A stretch of 26,618 bases of DNA from a virus: IMG/VR virus record IMGVR_UViG_3300022552_000376; one strand, written 5' to 3'. The notes beneath the pieces are model-generated. The model saw only the letters and a program-made list of their open reading frames with translations, did not search any database and had not been told where the DNA came from. Made by a program: the position numbers and the translations under genes. Positions 1-5,923 of the stretch are shown piece by piece (position 1 is the stretch's first letter; each line of letters starts with the position of its first letter).

Positions 1-5
1 GTACT

Positions 6-113
6 AGGGGGGAGGGAAGAGGAAGGGGGAAGAGGAAGAGAGGGGAAGGAGAGAGGGGAGAGAGAAGAGGAGGAGGAGGAGAGGGAGAGGGAGAGAGAGG
101 GAAGAGAGGGAGG
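6..113. repeat. 108-nt pure polypurine (G/A-only) low-complexity tract
   Basis: No C or T between positions 6 and 113; contains several G3-G6 runs and GAG/GAGA iterations. Confidence 0.95.
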
Positions 114-163
114 CTCAAATTGGAGTGTATGCACAAAACTGTGCATTAACAAAACACTCTTAT

Positions 164-183
164 TTGTTCATACTTGTTCATAC
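164..183 (+). repeat. Perfect tandem repeat, 2 x TTGTTCATAC
   Basis: Copies at 164-173 and 174-183. Confidence 0.9.
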
Positions 184-267
184 TGGAAAGGTAGCACAAA
201 CCTTTCTGTGAGTGTTACTAAAATTCTCACTTTAGAACTTTTCGGATGTTTAAACTTTTCTTTCGTT

Positions 268-285
268 GAACGAATGCTTTAAATA
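268..285 (+). promoter_or_regulatory. Putative archaeal promoter (TATA box TTTAAATA)
   Basis: TTTAAATA at 278-285 with a purine-rich segment upstream; sits about 25 nt before the GC-rich structured region starts (~309). A second TATA-like TTTAAACT lies at 249-256. Confidence 0.6.
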
Positions 286-307
286 GTGTTGAAAGAAAGT
301 GATTAGT

Positions 308-664
308 GATGAGCGGGGGTGGAGGGGGACGCACCCCCGTGAGGCAGGCGAGGTGGCGACGAGGCGAACCCAGCCTCGTAGGCAAGGTGATGAACTCCTC
401 CCTTCAGGGTAAGGAGTGATTGCCATCGCTCTTGAGAGGGAGCGGGTAGATGCCACCCGACCTGTGAGGTGTTCCTACCCGCTGTGAGTGATATGGTGGT
501 AGATGCACTTCCCCTGTGGAAGTTTCCTACCACCAGAGTGTGTGGATGCTCTCCCAGTTGAGGAGATTCCCACACACGAAAGAAGAGCGGAGAGCAAGTT
601 TCTGAAACACAGGTTAGCGGATGCTCTCAACAACTGCTCCATCCTCATTTTCCCTTTATTTTTT
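308..664 (+). ncRNA. Putative structured non-coding RNA (or long structured 5' leader), unknown family
   Basis: GC-rich island between a TATA box and a T-rich tract. Stems: 314-321/332-339, 359-365/373-379, 381-385/420-424 (k-turn), 427-433/438-444 (GAGA tetraloop, 2 G-U pairs), 441-449/475-483, 494-502/527-535, 538-545/570-577, 590-596/622-628; possible end-to-end pairing 308-316/634-643. Confidence 0.7.
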
Positions 665-666
665 CC
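641..666 (+). terminator. Pyrimidine/oligo-T tract, putative terminator
   Basis: ATCCTCATTTTCCCTTTATTTTTTCC directly after the last stem of the structured element. Confidence 0.55.
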
Positions 667-683
667 AAATCACAAGTTTCATC

Positions 684-713
684 CTCCCTTCACTACCGCA
701 AGGAGTGGGGGAG
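684..713 (+). promoter_or_regulatory. GCAA-tetraloop hairpin upstream of the first gene
   Basis: CTCCCTTCACT-a-CC-GCAA-GG-AGTGGGGGAG with one G-U pair and a bulge, 14 nt upstream of the SD at 727-733. Confidence 0.55.
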
Positions 714-742
714 GCGATTTTTGGATGGAGGTGTTGGATGAG

Positions 743-1213
743 ATGGATGTGAAAGGGCTGGAAAGGTTGTATGAGAGCGTGTGGCGTGAGGATGGAGCAA
801 AGGAGAGGGCTGGCGAGAGGAATGGCTCTGGTATAGGTGTGAGGGGAAATGGAGCAAGGAAAAGAAAGAGAGCGTTATGGAGACAAATCAAAGAGCCAGT
901 TTCTCCAAAGGGACTTATTCGCTTTGAGAACGGTGTATTCAGGGTTGTGCAGAGATTTGGGCAGTTGTATGTTGTGCCAAAGTGGAGATATGTGCGGATA
1001 ACAGGAAAGGGAAGGAAGACAATTCAGGAGGCACAGGAAATTCCAGTAATGACTTACGAGCAATTCTTTGACAAATATCTCTCACACATGCAGAGATGGA
1101 ACACACCAGACATTAATGGCATAAGGATTTCAGGAGTTCAGCAGAAGTTCCTGAAGAGTATTGCGGAAGAAGGAGTGCTTCCGATGACTGGTGACATAGT
1201 GAGGGGGTGCTAA
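743..1213 (+). CDS. Hypothetical basic protein (~156 aa)
   Basis: SD GGAGGTG at 727-733 precedes the in-frame ATG at 743. The longer 503 start runs through the hairpins and T-tract. Contains an Arg/Lys-rich patch RKRKRALWR. Confidence 0.7.
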   Translation: MDVKGLERLYESVWREDGAKERAGERNGSGIGVRGNGARKRKRALWRQIKEPVSPKGLIRFENGVFRVVQRFGQLYVVPKWRYVRITGKGRKTIQEAQEIPVMTYEQFFDKYLSHMQRWNTPDINGIRISGVQQKFLKSIAEEGVLPMTGDIVRGC

Positions 1214-1258
1214 ATGTGGAAAAGGGGTAAAGGATTTACCTCTCGGTGGTGGTGAAGG

Positions 1259-1423
1259 ATGAAAACAATAGAGGAAGTTATTGTTAAGATTGTCAACACA
1301 GGGATAAACACATATATTGAACTACCAGAGAAGATACCGCAGTTCAGTGATGGTGAGCGGTTAGAATACAGAGAAGCACAGGATGGAACTGCTGTGATAG
1401 TGAAGTATCCTTTCAAGGATTGA
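1259..1423 (+). CDS. AbrB/MazE/SpoVT-like small DNA-binding protein (54 aa, not in ORF track)
   Basis: MKTIEEVIVKIVNTGINTYIELPEKIPQFSDGERLEYREAQDGTAVIVKYPFKD resembles the swapped-hairpin pattern K-V-x-x-x-G-N-S-x-x-I-x-L-P; SD GGTGGTGA upstream. Confidence 0.6.
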   Translation: MKTIEEVIVKIVNTGINTYIELPEKIPQFSDGERLEYREAQDGTAVIVKYPFKD

Positions 1424-1437
1424 TTGGGGTGTTGAGG

Positions 1438-1674
1438 ATGTGTGTAGAAGCAGAGGATGTGAGGAAGGGGTTGGAGAGTATAGACAAGGAAATTCAGCGA
1501 TTGAGGGAAGGGCGACGGTTGATTGAGAATGCATGGGCTCGTTTCACATTAATGCACAAAGATGATGTTGCAGATGTATTGAACACAGCATCTCACATGG
1601 TAGAGAAGGAGTTGGAGAGGTTGGAGAGAGCGAAGAGAATGTTTGAGGAGGAGTTAAGAAGGTTGGAAGGATGA
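1438..1674 (+). CDS. Coiled-coil hypothetical protein
   Basis: Charged heptad-like helices; start uncertain (1420 or 1438). Confidence 0.65.
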   Translation: MCVEAEDVRKGLESIDKEIQRLREGRRLIENAWARFTLMHKDDVADVLNTASHMVEKELERLERAKRMFEEELRRLEG

Positions 1675-1710
1675 CTTCTCCTCTCTTTTTCTTTCTTTTC
1701 TTCCACTTCC
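1675..1710 (+). terminator. Pyrimidine-rich intergenic tract, putative terminator
   Basis: CTTCTCCTCTCTTTTTCTTTCTTTTCTTCCACTTCC right after the stop codon. Confidence 0.55.
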
Positions 1711-1762
1711 ACATGCAAGGGTGGTGCTGTTTTGGCACTATCCCATGATGGAGGTGGGTGTG

Positions 1763-1999
1763 ATGGGTGGAGTAGGATATGTGGATGTTGTGTTTGTGGA
1801 AAGAAATGGAAGCAGAGAAACATGGGTTGCGAAGTGCCCATTCTGCAAGCAGTATGCAACGATTGTCAGAGAGCGAAGGATTGTGAGGGATGGGTGTGTT
1901 GATGTGGAGTGGAGAGTAGAGGAGGCGTGTATTCACTTCTGCAACCTGTTTCCACTCGCATACACAGCGATGTTCTCCTCCTTTTCGGAGGGGAGGTGA
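1763..1999 (+). CDS. Small Zn-ribbon-like protein
   Basis: SD GGAGGTG at 1750-1756; CPFC plus a downstream C-x-H-x-C. Confidence 0.6.
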   Translation: MGGVGYVDVVFVERNGSRETWVAKCPFCKQYATIVRERRIVRDGCVDVEWRVEEACIHFCNLFPLAYTAMFSSFSEGR

Positions 2000-2005
2000 A
2001 GTAGG

Positions 2006-2596
2006 ATGGAGGGGATGAAAGGGATAAGAGCGGAGTTTGAGGAGTATTTGGAGAGCGGATTTCCAGAGGAGATTGCGGTGCTGAAAGCAGTGGCACATCA
2101 CTTCGCACCTACAACGCCAGGTGTGTGGCGAGAGATTGAGAGTGCCATTTGTGAGATAGCATGGAAGAGGAGGAACATAATAGAGAGTGTGCCAGAAAAA
2201 TACAAAGATGCTGTAAAGGAGTTGCTTGCATGCACTCGGTTGATAAAATACATGGATAACCTCACTCTTTCGTGGGGTTGGTTCAATATTGCTCTTGACA
2301 TAAAGACCTACACATACTTTGTAACTTCTCAGCATCCATCCTTACCATACATTATTCCATACAAGGTAGTAACAAAGAGCAGTGATTTTGAGTTTTACAC
2401 TGATTTTGAATTTATGGTGGAAGAAGGAGAACTTGTGATGCTTCGCACAAATGCCAATTCTTCGGCAAACTTTGAAGTCATAGGTCTATTCATAACAGAT
2501 GATGGATGGCTTTTGGAGGTTAGGAGAAGTGAGAGAGGGTTGAGGGCAATATCAACACTGGAGGAGATTTTGATGGAGGAAGGTGATGAAGAATGA
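2006..2596 (+). CDS. Hypothetical protein (~196 aa)
   Basis: SD GGAGGTGA upstream; ATGA overlap with the next gene. Confidence 0.75.
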   Translation: MEGMKGIRAEFEEYLESGFPEEIAVLKAVAHHFAPTTPGVWREIESAICEIAWKRRNIIESVPEKYKDAVKELLACTRLIKYMDNLTLSWGWFNIALDIKTYTYFVTSQHPSLPYIIPYKVVTKSSDFEFYTDFEFMVEEGELVMLRTNANSSANFEVIGLFITDDGWLLEVRRSERGLRAISTLEEILMEEGDEE

Positions 2597-2937
2597 GAGG
2601 GATGAAAGGGATAAGGGGGTGTCTTGACCTCACTGTGTTTCAGGATGAAGAGCCACTAATCACCTATTTCCTCTTTCCAAGGACGAAGTTGGCATTTAGG
2701 AAGTTCAGGAGTGGAGAAAAGAGAGGAACAATAGAGGAAGTGGATTACAATTTCGCATTTGAGTTGTGTAGGGAGTTGTGCAGTTTTAAGGCGAATGGAA
2801 GAAGAGTAGAAGGGACATTTGTTCGGTGGATAAAGAGGAAGGAGAAAGGGCAGGTGAAGAGGCAGAGTGATGTAGTAATGCAACTGTTCAAGAAAGGAAA
2901 GGTGGAATTGAGTGGCTTAATATTTGTGAGGAGGTGA
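2593..2937 (+). CDS. Hypothetical protein (~114 aa)
   Basis: Overlap-coupled on both sides. Confidence 0.7.
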   Translation: MRGMKGIRGCLDLTVFQDEEPLITYFLFPRTKLAFRKFRSGEKRGTIEEVDYNFAFELCRELCSFKANGRRVEGTFVRWIKRKEKGQVKRQSDVVMQLFKKGKVELSGLIFVRR

Positions 2938-3119
2938 GGAGAATGGATTTTGATGTGCTTTCACCTGAAGTCCAGAAGGAAGTAGAACGCAGAGTAAGAG
3001 AAGGAATGCTTAAAACTATTGACACAATCCTAAAATCCTCTTGTATCAGCGAGAACTACCGTAGGAATTTAGAGTATATGAGGCGGATGTTTCTACTTGA
3101 AGAGGCGAAGGAGGGTTGA
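2934..3119 (+). CDS. Hypothetical helical protein (61 aa)
   Basis: Overlap-coupled; start uncertain. Confidence 0.6.
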   Translation: MRRMDFDVLSPEVQKEVERRVREGMLKTIDTILKSSCISENYRRNLEYMRRMFLLEEAKEG

Positions 3120-3343
3120 GTGAAATGCAAGAAGAGGAGATTGTGAATTTTTCTGATGTCGTGAGGAAAGAAGTGATGGAGATAGTAAATGAGCGAGAGT
3201 GGTGGTGTCATCACTGCTCTACCTATATGCCTGTTGACCCAGTGATTGAAATCAAGGAAGAGAATGGAAGAAAGGTTGCAACAGTTAAACTCTACTGTGT
3301 TGCTTGTGACACACTGTTGGATATGTTTTGCAAGTATGTGTAG
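3116..3343 (+). CDS. Zn-finger protein
   Basis: CHHC ... CVAC. Confidence 0.65.
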   Translation: MSEMQEEEIVNFSDVVRKEVMEIVNEREWWCHHCSTYMPVDPVIEIKEENGRKVATVKLYCVACDTLLDMFCKYV

Positions 3344-3356
3344 AGGTGTGTGGAAA

Positions 3357-3905
3357 GTGGTGGAGAAGTTGGAGGTTTTCTGTCCTAACTGTCATCGTTA
3401 CGAGGAATACGAGGATGGAGAGTGTAAGTGGTGTGGATTTAATCACATACGGAAGTTATCAGTGAAGGAGCGAGAAGCGGGATTGTTTGCTTATGGTATT
3501 TGCTCATTTGTTAGAGCAGAGAAGATAATGGAAATCACTGATGGACTGACCACACTTCTTGTTCTGAAGGTGAGATATACGAAGGATGATGTGGATTGGT
3601 GGGTAGTGAAGGAGAGAATAGTGGAGACGGGCGGGATAACACCAAAGGAATTGAGGCGTGAGGTTCTTCACATAGCATCTGACTTTAATGATTTGCTTTC
3701 ATTCCTTCAGAAGCGACTGGAAGTAACAGAAGGAGTGGAATGGAAGGAGGTGGTAGAGAAAGAGGTAAGAAGAGACCATCCAGAGCGGTGGTGGGAGACA
3801 ATCACAGTTATTGAGAGAGTGAGGAGGGGAGAAATTGTGAACAGGAAGCCAACAAAAGAAGAATTAATGAAGTTACTTGCTCCTATGGTGGAAGGAGGTG
3901 AGTAA
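3357..3905 (+). CDS. Hypothetical protein with N-terminal Zn ribbon
   Basis: SD GAGGTG at 3343-3348 before GTG 3357; CPNC ... CKWC. Confidence 0.7.
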   Translation: MVEKLEVFCPNCHRYEEYEDGECKWCGFNHIRKLSVKEREAGLFAYGICSFVRAEKIMEITDGLTTLLVLKVRYTKDDVDWWVVKERIVETGGITPKELRREVLHIASDFNDLLSFLQKRLEVTEGVEWKEVVEKEVRRDHPERWWETITVIERVRRGEIVNRKPTKEELMKLLAPMVEGGE

Positions 3906-3906
3906 G

Positions 3907-4185
3907 ATGAAGGACATAAAGGAGAAGGTGGAAGAGATGGAAAGAGAGGTGTTTGAACTCAAGGCTTTGGATGTGGAAGATGCAGCATTTCACACTCTTG
4001 GATGCATAAAATCTTTGCGTTCATCATATCTCTTACTCAAGGCAAGGGAGATGACAGAAGAAGATGTGAGGAATGTGCTGAAGGACTTGGATGATGCAGT
4101 TAAATGCCTTCAGGAATCATTCTACTACTTGAAGGATTGGATGGAGAAGTATATGTTGAGGAAGAAGGAGGTGAATGAGGAATGA
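3907..4185 (+). CDS. Helical/coiled-coil hypothetical protein
   Basis: SD GGAGGTGA at 3894-3901, ATG at 3907. Confidence 0.7.
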   Translation: MKDIKEKVEEMEREVFELKALDVEDAAFHTLGCIKSLRSSYLLLKAREMTEEDVRNVLKDLDDAVKCLQESFYYLKDWMEKYMLRKKEVNEE

Positions 4186-4553
4186 AAACAGCAACATTTC
4201 CTCTTTCTTTCTTCAACAAGGTATATCAGCATTTTGCTCCATACTTTGAGGATGACAACGACATTCACTTTGACCCTACTGGAATATTCATTCAAGCAAT
4301 TCTCCCTCCCTCTCCACAGTTGGAGGAAGAGGAAGTGATTTTCAGTGAAGGAGAAGAGATGCGAATGTTTGTTGCTCATTTCAGTGAATGCACGGTTATT
4401 GGATGGTGCAGAGGCGATTTGAAGGAAGAGAGAGTTGCAGACATTCTCAAGGACTTCACGGCACAGAGGTTGTGTAACTCAAGCAGACATGAACAAGAGA
4501 AGGAAGCACTTCGTTTGTGGAATTGTGATTTGTTTGTTTTTGGGAAAGAATAA
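4182..4553 (+). CDS. Hypothetical protein (123 aa)
   Basis: ATGA overlap with the upstream gene. Confidence 0.7.
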   Translation: MKTATFPLSFFNKVYQHFAPYFEDDNDIHFDPTGIFIQAILPPSPQLEEEEVIFSEGEEMRMFVAHFSECTVIGWCRGDLKEERVADILKDFTAQRLCNSSRHEQEKEALRLWNCDLFVFGKE

Positions 4554-4575
4554 ATGAAAGGGAGGTGATGTGTGT

Positions 4576-4914
4576 ATGAAAATTGTTGTGAAGGGGTTGC
4601 CAAGTGGAAGGACATGGAATTATCAGAGAATTGCAGAGCATATCAAGCAGGATGTTCTGCAACTGTTGCAGAAGAACAAGGACACTGTTGAGGAGATAAT
4701 TACAAGGAACAGGGGAACACTTAAAATCCTTTTGAACGAGGAGGAGATACGGAAGTATGCGAAATTGGGAAAGAAGGAGTTGCCGAAGTTCAAGATGCAA
4801 ATAATGCGAGTGAAGAAGGCAATTCAGAATGAACTTGGATGGAAAGTGAGAATATATGATGCGAACAATTTGGTGATTTACTTTGATGCAGAGGCACTTA
4901 ACACACTGATGTAA
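4576..4914 (+). CDS. Hypothetical basic protein
   Basis: SD GGAGGTGA at 4561-4568. Confidence 0.7.
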   Translation: MKIVVKGLPSGRTWNYQRIAEHIKQDVLQLLQKNKDTVEEIITRNRGTLKILLNEEEIRKYAKLGKKELPKFKMQIMRVKKAIQNELGWKVRIYDANNLVIYFDAEALNTLM

Positions 4915-4927
4915 GCAGTTTCACGCA

Positions 4928-4953
4928 TTTCTTCTCTCTCTTTTTTCCATTTT
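4928..4953 (+). terminator. Pyrimidine-rich intergenic tract, putative terminator
   Basis: TTTCTTCTCTCTCTTTTTTCCATTTT followed directly by the SD GAGGTGA. Confidence 0.55.
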
Positions 4954-4967
4954 GAGGTGAGGATGTG

Positions 4968-5588
4968 ATGAAGGATATTGTAGATGTTCATTATGGTGAG
5001 CCTAAAAGAGGATGCGGATTTCGCAAAATTTCTTCAAGGTCAAAGGTTTTCTACTACCTTTGTGGAAGTGGAATATCTCTTCCTTGTGATAGGTTACCAT
5101 ATAAGTTGGATGTGTGTCCAGTTTGTGGAAGTGGATTGAAGTTTCACAGAGGTTTTCAGTGGCTTGACTGGAGAAGATACGCAGGAGAACATAATGAATG
5201 TGAGTGTGATGAATACTGCTATGTTTGTCATCCAAGGCAAGGAGAGAGATATGGATTGATGTGGGTTGGAGAGCGGTTTTATACACCAAGGTCATTCACA
5301 CTTGAGGCAGAAAGGTTGGGTGTGAGTAAATTAGTTCCAACTCTTCCAAAAGAACTTGAGATTGGCAAGACAAAGGTTTTACTGGCACATAGGAAAGCAT
5401 GGAAAAACAGGGAGCCAGCGATATTTTATGCATTTGTGGTGAAAAGAGTGGATGTGCTTGTAAAAGCAGAGGAAGCAGATGAAGAATGGGTAGAGCGGTT
5501 GAGAGAGAAGGGAGTGAATGTGATTATTGTTGGAAGGAATGAGGAGAAGCAAATAACATTAGAGGAGGTGAGTAAGAATGAGGTGTGA
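4968..5588 (+). CDS. Cys-rich hypothetical protein (multiple Zn-binding motifs)
   Basis: RGCG, CPVC, CxC-x3-CxxC; near the C-terminus a PIP-like QITLEEV. Confidence 0.8.
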   Translation: MKDIVDVHYGEPKRGCGFRKISSRSKVFYYLCGSGISLPCDRLPYKLDVCPVCGSGLKFHRGFQWLDWRRYAGEHNECECDEYCYVCHPRQGERYGLMWVGERFYTPRSFTLEAERLGVSKLVPTLPKELEIGKTKVLLAHRKAWKNREPAIFYAFVVKRVDVLVKAEEADEEWVERLREKGVNVIIVGRNEEKQITLEEVSKNEV

Positions 5589-5922
5589 AATCTGTGGAGT
5601 GGAGTTGAAAATTGAGCATGACACTAAATTCGGTTATGTTACTTTCTATTGCCCAAACTGTTCAATTAAAAGACAGATGGAATGGATTAGGGTTGCAAGG
5701 AAATCTCGTTCTGCATATATCACAGCAACACTCCACAGTTTGGAAAGAAATGAAGATGTCTATTTGTCAGCTGTTGGAGGAGAGAGGATAACAAAGATGT
5801 TCTGGTGTGTGCATACAATCACAATTCAAGGAATTGCAGAGATTTCAAACACGACAGTGCGACGACTGAATGGAGGAGCGGTTGAAGTGGGTATTGTCCT
5901 TCACAGGAAGAAGGTGAAGTAA
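5578..5922 (+). CDS. Zn-ribbon plus Alba-like nucleic-acid-binding protein
   Basis: CEIC ... CPNC, followed by VARKSRSAYITATLHSLERNEDVYLSAVGGERITK, resembling Alba (VGKKPVMNYVLAVITQF..EVxIKARGRAISR). Confidence 0.6.
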   Translation: MRCEICGVELKIEHDTKFGYVTFYCPNCSIKRQMEWIRVARKSRSAYITATLHSLERNEDVYLSAVGGERITKMFWCVHTITIQGIAEISNTTVRRLNGGAVEVGIVLHRKKVK

Positions 5923-5923
5923 A

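Noticed and set aside
441-577. CRISPR mini-array (GGTAGAT/CTACC recalls a Cas12a-type repeat stem)
   Set aside because: Units are 40-43 nt with 10- and 2-nt linkers, so there are no spacers, and conservation is structural rather than sequence-level.
387-605. Box C/D guide sRNA (GTGATGA at 387, CTGA at 602)
   Set aside because: The boxes are over 200 nt apart, far beyond typical archaeal sRNA size; box C is explained by the local k-turn.
308-664. SRP RNA, RNase P RNA, tRNA or hammerhead ribozyme
   Set aside because: No SRP helix-8 motif, no RNase P GAGGAAAGUCC-type P4 strand, no T-loop or cloverleaf, and no CUGANGA plus GAAA core. A cmscan is still needed.
503-742. N-terminal 80 aa of the 236-aa ORF in the track
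   Set aside because: It runs through hairpin units 2-3 and the T-tract, has atypical composition and no SD. The SD at 727-733 supports ATG 743. Kept only as a possible alternative start.
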